A stretch of 64,000 nucleotides of DNA from an uncultured bacterium (GTDB lineage Bacteria; Verrucomicrobiota; Verrucomicrobiia; Limisphaerales; J093), in assembly GCA_963735925.1 (NCBI GenBank), contig CAVTMT010000003.1, positions 1,767,463 through 1,831,462 on the forward strand, read 5' to 3'. This document shows positions 8,170 through 17,582 of the stretch, piece by piece. Positions within the stretch are counted from its first letter, which is position 1; every line of letters begins with the position of its first letter. The position numbers and the translations under genes were made by a program. Under the pieces are notes generated by a model. It was not told where the DNA came from. It worked only from the letters and a program-made list of their open reading frames with translations, and did not search any database.

Positions 8170-10192
8170 ACATCCCGCCGCCACCCGGATCGGCGCCCGA
8201 TCGCTCGCCCGATGGCGGTTTGGCTCAAGCGGTCTGTCTCTGGCGCGGACCTTACCCGGTCTGGCCGCGTGTGCGCTGGGTGCGCTATCGCTGGTGGCCG
8301 GCCCGCTGCCCGGTCCGTGGGTGCCTTTGTTCAAAGGAATCGAGCATGCGGTCGGCACAAATCAACCGGGCGTGGCCGGCAATTTCCCCCGGCTGCAGGT
8401 GGCCCACTGCATCCGCGTGGACCTGACCGATCCCGACGTTCGGCTCTTCACGACTCCTGCGGCCGCCAGCTACGATGTCGAGTCACGCGAAACCCTGACG
8501 CAGGCAGTGCCGGGCTTTCTCAGGCAACACCGCCTCCAGGTGGCCTGTGACGCGAATTACTACAGCGCCAACCCAGGAGGCGCGGATCCGACCAAAGAGG
8601 GCGTGTCATGCGACGTCTTTGGCCTGCAGGTTTCCACGGGAACGGTGGTTTCGCCGCAGACGACGGCCGACATCGGTGGGGATCCCCGCTTCGCGGCCCT
8701 GCTCTTCACGACCAACAATCAGCCCGCCTTCAACTTTGTGAACCGTCCGCCGGGTACCAACCTTGCGGGCATCTACACCGCCGTCACCGGCTACTACCCG
8801 ATCGTCTCCAACGGGGTGAACATCGGCGCGGCCACCATCAAGAGCTATCCGGACAACACGATTCATCAGGTCCAGCCGCGCACCGTCTTCGGTCTCTCCC
8901 AGGACAATCACTATCTGCTCCTCATGACCGTGGATGGGCGGCAGTCCGACTACAGCGATGGCGCCTTGGACACCGAAACCGCCTACTGGATGCTGCAGTT
9001 TGGCGCCTGGAACGCGATCAACATGGACGGCGGCGGCTCCACGGCGCTTTACATGGCGGACAGCACCGGGCAGCCCGTGGCCGTGAATCATTCCAGTTAC
9101 CTGGCGGCCTATGGACGGGAACGCTATGTCGGTTCCCATTTCGGCGTGTGGGCCAAACCCCTGCCCGGCTTCATCAACGAGGTCGCGGTGGCCTCCGATG
9201 ACACCTCAGCGACGGTCACCTGGAGCACGACCGCTCCCGCCACAACCCAAGTCGCCTACGGGCCGACGCCGGACCAGGGCCTCTCAACCACGCTCCAGAC
9301 GGACTTGGTGACGAATCACATCGCCGTCCTGGCGAACCTGACCCCCGCAACCGACTACTATTTGCAGGCCGTCTCCACCCGCGGAACCGACCGGTACGCG
9401 TCTTCGAACCTCACGTTCACGACCACCAATTACGTCTCGGTGAATCCGGTGTTTGACCTCACCCATACCTGGACCTACACGACGGCGGATCTCGATGGAA
9501 CGCCGTGGACCAGCCCCGCGTACGACGATTCGGGCTGGGATGGCGCGGGCCCCGGCCTGCTCTGGGTGGATGTCCGAGCCACGGGCCCGAACCCCGAGGT
9601 CCAGCCGCGGAACACCCCGATGCCGGCGGACCCAAACAACAATGGCTATCCGTACATCACCTATTATTTCCGGACGCACTTCCAGCATACCAACGGTCTG
9701 GCGGGAGTGGTCCTGAACTTCACCAACTATCTTGACGATGGCGCCGTCTTTTACCTGAACGGGGTCGAAGTTTATCGGCTACTGATGGAACCAGCCCCGG
9801 CCGCAATTGCGAACCAGACGCTCGCCGCGGGTTACGGATGCTCCGGTGACGCCACCTGCCCGCTCGCCTTCTCCATCTCTGGGGACGCCGTCACGAATCT
9901 GGTCGCCGGCGACAACGTGCTCGCCGTCGAGGTCCACAATTACAACGCCCGCAGCCCCGACATAACGTTTGGGGTCGAGCTCTCGGTCACTGAACCGGTG
10001 GTCATCAGCCCCACGCTCCAGATCGCAGCGGCGCCGGAATCCTTCACGCTCACGTGGAACCGCAGCGGTTTCACCCTGCAGACCGCAACCGCTCCGGCCG
10101 GCCCGTGGACGGATGTGCCCGGCCCCGTGGTGACCAGTCCGTATTCGGCTGCCGCCACGGGCACGGCCCAGTTCTTCCGGCTCCGGAAGTAA
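8144..10192 (+). CDS. multidomain secreted phosphodiester glycosidase (NAGPA-like) with Fn3-like and beta-sandwich C-terminal domains
   Basis: NMDGGGSTALYMADSTG motif. There is an Fn3-like block (ATVTWSTTAPATTQVAYGPTP…DYYLQAVS) and a signal peptide (SLARWRFGSSGLSLARTLPGLAACALGALSLVAG). The start is set at ATG 8144, which overlaps the upstream gene by 26 nt; ATG 8099 is the alternative. Confidence 0.78.
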   Translation: MTTSTVETRHPAATRIGARSLARWRFGSSGLSLARTLPGLAACALGALSLVAGPLPGPWVPLFKGIEHAVGTNQPGVAGNFPRLQVAHCIRVDLTDPDVRLFTTPAAASYDVESRETLTQAVPGFLRQHRLQVACDANYYSANPGGADPTKEGVSCDVFGLQVSTGTVVSPQTTADIGGDPRFAALLFTTNNQPAFNFVNRPPGTNLAGIYTAVTGYYPIVSNGVNIGAATIKSYPDNTIHQVQPRTVFGLSQDNHYLLLMTVDGRQSDYSDGALDTETAYWMLQFGAWNAINMDGGGSTALYMADSTGQPVAVNHSSYLAAYGRERYVGSHFGVWAKPLPGFINEVAVASDDTSATVTWSTTAPATTQVAYGPTPDQGLSTTLQTDLVTNHIAVLANLTPATDYYLQAVSTRGTDRYASSNLTFTTTNYVSVNPVFDLTHTWTYTTADLDGTPWTSPAYDDSGWDGAGPGLLWVDVRATGPNPEVQPRNTPMPADPNNNGYPYITYYFRTHFQHTNGLAGVVLNFTNYLDDGAVFYLNGVEVYRLLMEPAPAAIANQTLAAGYGCSGDATCPLAFSISGDAVTNLVAGDNVLAVEVHNYNARSPDITFGVELSVTEPVVISPTLQIAAAPESFTLTWNRSGFTLQTATAPAGPWTDVPGPVVTSPYSAAATGTAQFFRLRK

Positions 10193-10600
10193 TCCGCATC
10201 GAACGGACAACCTGCCCGTTCGATGCGGCAGCCGGTCCACGCCTCGAGCAGGCTTTGAACCGCTTTGGCCCGCGGGTTCCCGCACGCCGCGCTTGTCGTC
10301 GGGGCAGTGGCCGACCTTCGGATCGGCGCCGGCACAGCGGCGCCCTACCGGGTGGAGGTCGAGCTGCGGCTCGTCCAATTGGGTGCCAAGGCAGCCGCCG
10401 GGCCAGTTGCCCGACGGCACCGACCGGCGGCCCGTGCCGTCCCGTCTCGATTTCGAGCTTCGCATCGGGAGGAGTCGGCCAGTCCGGGTGTCACCGTCAC
10501 TGACCTTCCCCGGGGCTCGCCCGTTGGCAGAGCCCTCCCAAGCAAAAGGGGCGCGCGAAATCGCGCGCCCCGTGAACGAGGATTGATGGGCCGGCTCGCC

Positions 10601-13600
10601 TCAGAGCTTGACCCGATAGAACTTGGCGCCGCCGGCGGGAGTCGCCGTGTAACTCGGCGCGCTGGCGCCGGTCACCGTGGACCATGGCCCGGTAACGGCA
10701 TCCGCCGATTCCAGCGTGCCGTTCGACCACTCGATGACCACGTTGCTACCGGACTTCTGAATCTGCATGGTCACCTGTGTCGGGGCCGTGGTGTCGAAAC
10801 TGCGCCCGTAATCCTGGCCGACGATGTAGATCGCCTGCGCGTCGTAGTCGGTGAGCACGCTGCGCCAGATGCCGAGGTCGTCGATCTGCGCCGTCCCCGG
10901 TTCGGCATAGCTTCCCCCGGCCTGGCCGATGGTCCACGTCAGCGCGGTGCGAAGATCCCAACTGACGGCGGTCGCGATCGAGGTGGCGTTCACCTTGACG
11001 CCATCCAGGTAGGTGGTGCCGTCACCCGTGCGGTCGAAGATATGCACCAGGTGATGCCAGGTGCCGTCATTGAGCGTGTTTTGCACGGGGTCGTAAAGCC
11101 CGACCCCCGGCCAAGGTTGCGAGGTGATCGAGTCGTTCAGCCCCCAGGACCAGCCGCCCTGGTTGTACGACGGCGCGAGCGTGACGCCCGGGCCGCCCAT
11201 CGAACCCGTGTTGTTGGCCAGGAAGGGCAGGTCGCCCGGGCTGCCGGTGAACTTGATCCAGAAGGCCACGGAGAAGCTCTGACCCGGCCCGAAGTCCAGG
11301 TCCGACGGCGTGCCCAGCGACACGTAATTCGCCGCGGAGACGCTTCCCCCCTCGACCACGGTGCTGTATTGCAGGGCACCGGTGCCGATCTTCCCGGTCA
11401 CGATTTGCGGCGAGCCTTCGGCCGTGCCGTTGTTATTGCGGCCCGAACTGTCCAGATAATTGCCGTCGAACTTGAGGTGCAGCACGAGGTTGTCCGCCAG
11501 GTTCAGGTAACTCGGGACCGGCTTGACCGTGAGCGTCACGGGCGTGGTCGAAACCTTGGTTGCCCCTTGGGTCACGAACAACTGGTAACTGCCCGTGTCC
11601 GCGACGGTCGCGCTCGGGAACACCAGGCTGCTGCGAATCGCCCCGGGCAGATCCTGACCATCCTTCTGCCACTGGTAGGTCAACGGCAGCGTGCCGCTCG
11701 CCTTGGCGCTCAGGGTATAGCTGGACCCGGCCAGGATGGTCTGTCCCTTCGGCTGCTGCGCGATCTGAACCGGCGTGGTCACGTAGGTCCCCTTCACGCC
11801 GGCATCGTGCAGCTTCGTGATCTCCGCCTGCGACAAGGAGCGGTCATAGATCACCACGTCGTCGATCGCGCCTTTGAAGAAGCGAGACCCATTGCCGTCG
11901 GTGCCGAAACGCAGCGTGCCATCGAACTCCTCGGCGTTGTGATTGACGGTGTTGACCCCGTACTGCATCCCGAAGCCCTGACCGTCGTCGAGGTAGATCG
12001 TGGCCTGATCGGGTTCGACCACGAGCGCAACGAAGTTCCAGTTTCCGTCCGCCGGGTAGAGCCCGGAAGCCCAGCCGTAGGTGTTGGCGGCGTCATTCCA
12101 GTGGTACCCCAACTGGCCGCCGGTCTGGTAATCCAGACCCGCGACCGTGTTGCCGCCACGGCTGAACACGATCCCGTCGTAATCGTCGGGAGTCCCGTTC
12201 GGCTTGATCCAGGCCACGATCGTCAGATTCGCCTTGTTCAGGTTCAGCGGCGGAACGTCCACCTCGCCGCCGCCGCCGTTGAAGTCATACGCGGTGTTGC
12301 CCGCGTCGAAGCCCTGGAAGGCCGTCGGCACCGGACCGGCCACCCCCAGGGTGACGCCGGCATTGGCCACGCCGTCGCGACCGCCCCAGTAATCGTAGGC
12401 CGTGGTGCCCTCGGTTTCGTCCAGGCGCCAGTACCCAATCGGCCCCAGGTCGGCCGCCGCCGCGGCCAGCTTGGTGGGCGTCTTCAGCGTCAGCGTGGCG
12501 GTCACATTCGTGCTGCCGTACTGGTTGGAGACGACCACGGTGTAATCGCCGGCGTCGGCCGGTTGCAGATCGCTCACCACCAAAGTCGGTGCGGTGGCCC
12601 CGGCGATGGCGTCGGCCCCGTGTTTCCATTGATACGCGATCGGCTGGCTGCCCAGGGCGGCTGTCACGAACTGCACCGTGCCATTCAAGAACCGGACGGC
12701 CGAGGAGGGCACCTTCGTGAGGACCGGGGGCGAGGTGACGACTTCGAGGTGGTTCGCGGCGCTGGTCAGCGTCTTTCCCCCGGTGGTGGCTTCCACCGAA
12801 TAGTCTCCGCTGTCCGCCGTGGTCACGTTCGCGAGTTGCAGCGTCGCGGCGGTCTCGCCCGCGATGGGCGTTCCGCCTTTGAGCCATCGATACGTGACCG
12901 GCGCGGGGCCGGCCACGGTCGTCTGGAAGGTGACGTTCATGCCTTCGTAAACCGGGTCCGCGGTCCGCGTGAGCGACAAGATTCCCGGGATGGCGGCGTT
13001 GTAGAGCGAAGCGATTTGGTCGTAGGTCAAGGTTTTGTCGAACATCGCGAATTCATCGATGCTGCCGCGGAAGACGCGCGTCGTCTGGTAGTTATCCCAC
13101 CCGATCTCGAGGCTGGTGCCGCTGAAGTCGTGGGGAATATTCGCGAACACGTTCGTGGCGGCCTGCAGTCCGGCGGCGCTGCCCATGAAGAGGACGCCGT
13201 TGTCCGGCGAGATGGTGACGGCCACGAACGTCCAGGCCTGGTCGGGCGGCACGAAGCCGGGGTTGAAGTTGTAGGCACTGCCCTGGTCCTCCCAGTTGTA
13301 GCTCAGGCCCAGGCCGTCGTCCTGAAAGCCGAGCCCGGTGGCCTTGACTTCCGGGGCGCTCACCTTGCGGTTGTGCATGATCGCCGCGCGCGCCGGCTGC
13401 TTGCCGTCCCGCTTGATCCAGCAGACTATCGTGGCGGTGTCGGTGTTCAGGTTGAGGCCCGGAATGCTCACCGAACCGTTGGTGCCGTTGAAGCCGGCCG
13501 CGTTGTTCGTGCTCTCGAAACCGGTAACCGCCGGGCTCTGCGGCCCCGGGATCGCCGACTGGGTCCCGGCGAGGAACAGGCCGTCCGCCGCCGTCCCGTA

Positions 13601-14530
13601 GCTGCCGCTGTTCACCGCCACCGGCAGCGCGAGCGACGGCTCGCCCAGCCGCAGGTAAACCGGCGGGTTCTTCTGCAGGATCAGGTCGGCATAGGCCGTG
13701 GTGCGCGCGGCATTGGTGCCGTTGGCGTAATGCGACTGCACCTCCGCCGGCGTCAACGCGGTGGTGTAGATGGCGACCTCATCCACCAAGCCGTTGTAGT
13801 CCCAGCCGGTGTACCCGCGGTCGCCGAGAATCAAGGGCGCACCCGTATTGCGGAGCATCGGGAATTGCGCGGGCGGGACGTCCGAGGCCACCTCGTTCCC
13901 GTTCAAATACAGCTTCACCGTTGCACCGTCATACACGGCTACCACGTGTTGCCAGACCCCGGGGGTGACCGTGGTCGCGGCGGTGAGGGTCGTGCCGTAG
14001 TAGGTCGCGCCGTCGGAATGGTCGTACCCGAGAATGAACTGCCAGTCGGTGCCATTGTGCCGCAGGAGCCAGCCGCTGCGATCGTCCCCGTTCGCGGGGT
14101 TCTGCCCGTTGACCATCGCGCTCGCGGCCGTGTGGTTGCCGGAGGCGTCGTTGGCCGGGTTGGCCCAGAGTTCGACCGTGAACGGCCCGGCCGGATTGTA
14201 GTCCGGCGAATAGGGCACCACCACCTGGGCTCCCGTGCTGCCGTCGATGAACACCGACGTGTCCGCATCGCCCGCGATGGCGCCGGGCCGACTGCGCGCG
14301 GCGGCCATCGCCTGATACTCGCCGTTGAAAGCGGCGCCCAACGTGCCGCGGTTCACCGCCGGCACTTCGGCCGGCACCGGGTTGGTATTGCTGAACCGAT
14401 AGTAGGCAACCGGGTTCAACGACTGCACCGCGGCGGCATAGTCGGCCATCGCCGGCGGCGGGCTGAACACCGCCGCGCCGAGCAGTCCGGCCAGCAGGGT
14501 CGAGGAGCCAAGGGTTTGGATTTTCATCAT
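10601..14530 (-). CDS. giant secreted protein with about 4 LamG/concanavalin-A-like (Laminin_G_3) and about 3 Ig-like domains (1309 aa)
   Basis: Signal peptide MMKIQTLGSSTLLAGLLGAAVFSPPPAMA. The start is ATGATG at 14530/14527, confirmed on the reverse strand. LamG_3 blocks recur (FTVELWANP…WQHVVAVYDGATVKLYLNGNEV; NWNFVALVVEPDQATIYLDDG; GTWHHLVHIFDRTGDGTTYLDG). Ig-like motifs are present (GDYSVEATTGG, GDYTVVVSNQYGS, GSYQLFVTQGA). The upstream 45 codons of the ORF are treated as non-coding. Confidence 0.85.
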   Translation of the reverse strand: MMKIQTLGSSTLLAGLLGAAVFSPPPAMADYAAAVQSLNPVAYYRFSNTNPVPAEVPAVNRGTLGAAFNGEYQAMAAARSRPGAIAGDADTSVFIDGSTGAQVVVPYSPDYNPAGPFTVELWANPANDASGNHTAASAMVNGQNPANGDDRSGWLLRHNGTDWQFILGYDHSDGATYYGTTLTAATTVTPGVWQHVVAVYDGATVKLYLNGNEVASDVPPAQFPMLRNTGAPLILGDRGYTGWDYNGLVDEVAIYTTALTPAEVQSHYANGTNAARTTAYADLILQKNPPVYLRLGEPSLALPVAVNSGSYGTAADGLFLAGTQSAIPGPQSPAVTGFESTNNAAGFNGTNGSVSIPGLNLNTDTATIVCWIKRDGKQPARAAIMHNRKVSAPEVKATGLGFQDDGLGLSYNWEDQGSAYNFNPGFVPPDQAWTFVAVTISPDNGVLFMGSAAGLQAATNVFANIPHDFSGTSLEIGWDNYQTTRVFRGSIDEFAMFDKTLTYDQIASLYNAAIPGILSLTRTADPVYEGMNVTFQTTVAGPAPVTYRWLKGGTPIAGETAATLQLANVTTADSGDYSVEATTGGKTLTSAANHLEVVTSPPVLTKVPSSAVRFLNGTVQFVTAALGSQPIAYQWKHGADAIAGATAPTLVVSDLQPADAGDYTVVVSNQYGSTNVTATLTLKTPTKLAAAAADLGPIGYWRLDETEGTTAYDYWGGRDGVANAGVTLGVAGPVPTAFQGFDAGNTAYDFNGGGGEVDVPPLNLNKANLTIVAWIKPNGTPDDYDGIVFSRGGNTVAGLDYQTGGQLGYHWNDAANTYGWASGLYPADGNWNFVALVVEPDQATIYLDDGQGFGMQYGVNTVNHNAEEFDGTLRFGTDGNGSRFFKGAIDDVVIYDRSLSQAEITKLHDAGVKGTYVTTPVQIAQQPKGQTILAGSSYTLSAKASGTLPLTYQWQKDGQDLPGAIRSSLVFPSATVADTGSYQLFVTQGATKVSTTPVTLTVKPVPSYLNLADNLVLHLKFDGNYLDSSGRNNNGTAEGSPQIVTGKIGTGALQYSTVVEGGSVSAANYVSLGTPSDLDFGPGQSFSVAFWIKFTGSPGDLPFLANNTGSMGGPGVTLAPSYNQGGWSWGLNDSITSQPWPGVGLYDPVQNTLNDGTWHHLVHIFDRTGDGTTYLDGVKVNATSIATAVSWDLRTALTWTIGQAGGSYAEPGTAQIDDLGIWRSVLTDYDAQAIYIVGQDYGRSFDTTAPTQVTMQIQKSGSNVVIEWSNGTLESADAVTGPWSTVTGASAPSYTATPAGGAKFYRVKL

Positions 14531-14802
14531 GGACTGTTGAGTTTCTGTTCTGGTTTGTATTCCGAGGATCACGCTGGCGTTCGCGCCGCCGGCCGCCGGC
14601 CTGCGCCCGAGAACTTCCCGAAATCCGTTGCCCGGTCTGGGCCGTCGTCGCCCCGCCACCATCATCCCGCCCGGCCGCCGAAGCCCTCGCCCCGGCGCCT
14701 CACGCAGTCAAGCTACGCTTCCCGCCAACTGTGGGGCAACCCCGAAAACCACCCGGCGTGGGACGCGGTTGCTTTGCGCGGGCGCTGCCGCCATCCTCCG
14801 GC

Positions 14803-15621
14803 ATGGCCGTTGCCGCCCCCAGCCTGCTGCTGCTCATCCCGGCCTACAATGAGGAGCAGCGGATCGGACCGGTGTTGCGCGAGTACGCGCAGCACTTTCG
14901 GCAGCATTACGCCGGCGCGGCGCGCATCGTGGTCATTCTCAATGGCTGCCGCGACAACACCCTGGGCGTCGTCCAGTCCGTCGCGCTGGATTTCCCGGAG
15001 ATTTCGCACCGCAACTTTCCCGGCCGGATCGGCAAAGGCGGCGCCTTGATCGAGGGCCTCAAGCTCGCGCCGGAGGCCGACCTGATCGGTTATGTGGATG
15101 CCGACGGCGCCACCGGGCCGGCCGCCTTGCTGGGATTGGTCAGCCAGTTGCCGGGCGCCGATTGCGTCATCGGCTCCCGGTGGCTGCCGGGGTCGGTGTT
15201 GCACCAGAGCCAGCCGTGGACACGACGCCTGTTCAGCCGCGCCTTCCACGCGATTGTCGAAGCGCTGTTCTGGATGCACATCCGCGACACGCAATGCCCG
15301 GCCAAACTGCTGCGCCGCGCCGCGGTGGAGCGGGTCCACGACGCGCTGCAAATCGCCGACCTGGCCTTCGACGTGAACCTCCTCTACGTGCTCAAGCGAC
15401 AGGGATTCACCGTGCGCGAAGTGCCGATCGAGTGGACCGACAAGCTGGGCTCGACGGTCACGCGGAGCCTCGTGCGCTCCTCGCTCGTGATGTTCCTCTC
15501 GGTGGTCCGGCTGCGATTGGTGTACTCGCCGCTCTATCAGTGGCTGGGCCCCTTGCGGCCGCTCGAACTCTGGCTCTACCGCAAACTGGGTTCCCCTCCG
15601 CCGCGAGATACGAGGAATTGA
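14803..15621 (+). CDS. family 2 glycosyltransferase, DPM1-like (polyprenyl-phosphate mannose/glucose synthase-like)
   Basis: LLLIPAYNEEQRIGPVLREYAQHF, VVILNGCRDNT, DADGATGP and GSRWLPGS. The ATG at 14803 was confirmed. Confidence 0.8.
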   Translation: MAVAAPSLLLLIPAYNEEQRIGPVLREYAQHFRQHYAGAARIVVILNGCRDNTLGVVQSVALDFPEISHRNFPGRIGKGGALIEGLKLAPEADLIGYVDADGATGPAALLGLVSQLPGADCVIGSRWLPGSVLHQSQPWTRRLFSRAFHAIVEALFWMHIRDTQCPAKLLRRAAVERVHDALQIADLAFDVNLLYVLKRQGFTVREVPIEWTDKLGSTVTRSLVRSSLVMFLSVVRLRLVYSPLYQWLGPLRPLELWLYRKLGSPPPRDTRN

Positions 15622-15645
15622 ACGCCGCCGGCCAACGACCCGCGC

Positions 15646-16715
15646 ATGACCCCGGAGAAATGGAAGCTCATCGAGCGCTGCGCACGCGGCGAAGATCCCG
15701 GCACGGTGCCGGTGGCGTTGATCATCGACAGCCCGTGGATTCCCGGTTACCTTGGCCTCTCGACGCTGGATTACCTGACCGTCCCGGAGGTCTGGCTGGA
15801 GGCGAACCTGCGCGTCGAGCGCGCCTTCCCCGACGCCATCTTCCTGCCCGGCTTCTGGGCCGAGATTGGCATGACCGCCGAGCCGAGCGCCTTCGGCTGC
15901 AAGGTGAGTTTGTTTCCCGACCGGACCCCGATCGCCCACCCGCTCATCAGCGGCATCGAGGAACTGGATCGGCTCACCGCGCCGAACCCGCTCACGGACG
16001 GCTGGCTGCCGGTGATCCTTAACCAGTATACCGCCGGCTCGAACCGCGCGTGAAGGACGGCGGCCACGCCATCAAGATGGTCGCCGCGCGCGGGCCGTTG
16101 ACCGTCGCCACGCATCTGATGGGCGTGACCCAGTTCCTGCTCGCGCTGAAGTTGAACCCGGCCGAGACGCACCGACTGCTGCGGACGACCACGACGCTGG
16201 TGCGCGACTGGCTGGCGGCGCAGGCCGGCGCGCTGAGCGAAGTGGCCGGCATCCTGATATTGGATGACATCGCGGGCATGATGTCGGCGCGGGATTACCG
16301 GGAGTTCGCCCACCCATATCTCCGCGAAATCTTCGACGCCTTTCCCGGCGCGGTGAAAGTCTTCCACAACGACACCGACAACCCGGTTTCCTATCCGTAC
16401 CTGCGCGAGTTGGGCATTCACCTTTTCAACTTCACGCACCTCCAACCGATCGCGAAGGTGCGCGCGCTGGTGGGCCCGGAATTGTGTCTGATGGGCAACG
16501 TCCCGCCGCTCGACGTGCTCGCTCAGGGCACGCCGGAATCGGTCCGGCAACACGCCTGCGAATGCCTGCGGGCGCACGGTGCCACGCGCGGGCTGCTGCT
16601 CTCCGCGGGGGGCGGAGTCTCGCCCGGCACCCCGGGCGAGAACCTGGCGGCGTTGGTCCACGCGCCGGGACGGTTCGCCGCCGCGGCGGCGGGCGATGGA
16701 GCTCCCGCAGGATGA
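15646..16715 (+). pseudogene. uroporphyrinogen decarboxylase (URO-D)/MtaA-family protein interrupted by a 1-nt frameshift (ORFs 15646..16053 and 16050..16715)
   Basis: Two adjacent ORFs in different frames form the N-terminal part (…LIIDSPWIPGYLGLS…) and the C-terminal part (…GGHAIKMVAARGPLTVATHLMG…HNDTDN…) of one URO-D family protein of about 350 aa. The frame changes between 16023 and 16050. This is either a real pseudogene or a sequence error. Confidence 0.55.
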
Positions 16716-16935
16716 TCGACCGGGCATGCGCGCGCCTCCCGGTCCCCAAAGTCACTTTCCGGGCGAGCAGGTCCGCCGCGAAACCGGCCATCGCGCACGC
16801 ATTGGCCAGGCCCGGCGCCAGTCCGTCGGCGCGACGCCGACGGGAGCGACCGTGACGGTCGCGCTCCCCTGGTCGGCTGCGAATACGCTTGGCCCAGCCG
16901 GAAATCTGGCTACAAAACGAGCCGTGAGCGAGGCC

Positions 16936-17499
16936 ATGCCCACCACTCCGCGCCGCGTTGCGGTGCTGGTCATCGATGTCCAGACGGGACTGTTTCGCGC
17001 GACGCCGCTGCCATTCGATGCGGCAGGAACACTCGCCCGCATCAATGAAACGACAGCCAAGGCGCGCGCGGCCGGCCTCCCGGTCATCTTCGTCCAACAC
17101 GACGGCGATCCGGCGGAGGACTGCTGCGTGCCCTTCAGCGAAGGCTGGCGATTCCATCCCGACCTCTGCGTGAAGCCGGGCGATGTGACGCTCCGCAAGC
17201 AGACGTGCGACGCTTTTCACGGCACGGCCCTGGAATCGGAGTTGCGCCGGCGCGCGATCAACACCGTGGTTCTGACGGGATACGCCACGGAATTCTGCGT
17301 CGATTCGACGCTGCGGGTCGCCGTGAGCAAGGGTTTCCGCGTCATCGTTGTCGCCGACGCGCACACCACCTCCGACAGTCCGGTCCTGGGAGCCGAAAAG
17401 ATCCGCGACCACCACAACTGGGCCTGGGCCAACTTGCTGCCGGTCGCCGCCGTACGGGTCATCCCCGCGGCGGACCTGGCGTTTTCCGCACCTCGCTGA
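16936..17499 (+). CDS. isochorismatase-family cysteine hydrolase
   Basis: RVAVLVIDVQTGLF, PVIFVQHDG and VVLTGYATEFCVDSTLRVA. The ATG at 16936 was confirmed, and the upstream part of ORF 16579.. is treated as non-coding. Confidence 0.75.
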   Translation: MPTTPRRVAVLVIDVQTGLFRATPLPFDAAGTLARINETTAKARAAGLPVIFVQHDGDPAEDCCVPFSEGWRFHPDLCVKPGDVTLRKQTCDAFHGTALESELRRRAINTVVLTGYATEFCVDSTLRVAVSKGFRVIVVADAHTTSDSPVLGAEKIRDHHNWAWANLLPVAAVRVIPAADLAFSAPR

Positions 17500-17582
17500 A
17501 GCCGCTCGTCGGCTCGGCCCCGATCTGCAGCGCTTATTTTTTGCTTTCCGGCGGGGCGGGGTTCCCGTTGGCTAGCCGGCCC

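Noticed and set aside
5795-8358. Long minus-strand ORFs 5795..7075, 6462..7682, 7402..8358
   Set aside because: They run antisense to clearly recognisable plus-strand genes (DUF1559 protein, hypothetical 6792 gene, pilin-like gene). They are Arg/Pro/Gly-rich with no family signature and are called spurious.
10265-15049. 1594-aa plus-strand ORF
   Set aside because: It is entirely antisense to the LamG giant gene and the GT2 region. Its translation is Arg/Gly/Ala-rich low complexity with no motifs, typical of an open antisense frame in high-GC DNA.
17521-17582. T-rich stretch (TTATTTTTTGCTTTCC) after the isochorismatase gene, considered as an intrinsic terminator
   Set aside because: No stable GC-rich stem precedes the T-run. 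It is more likely an AT-rich promoter/UP element for the aminotransferase gene starting at 17583.
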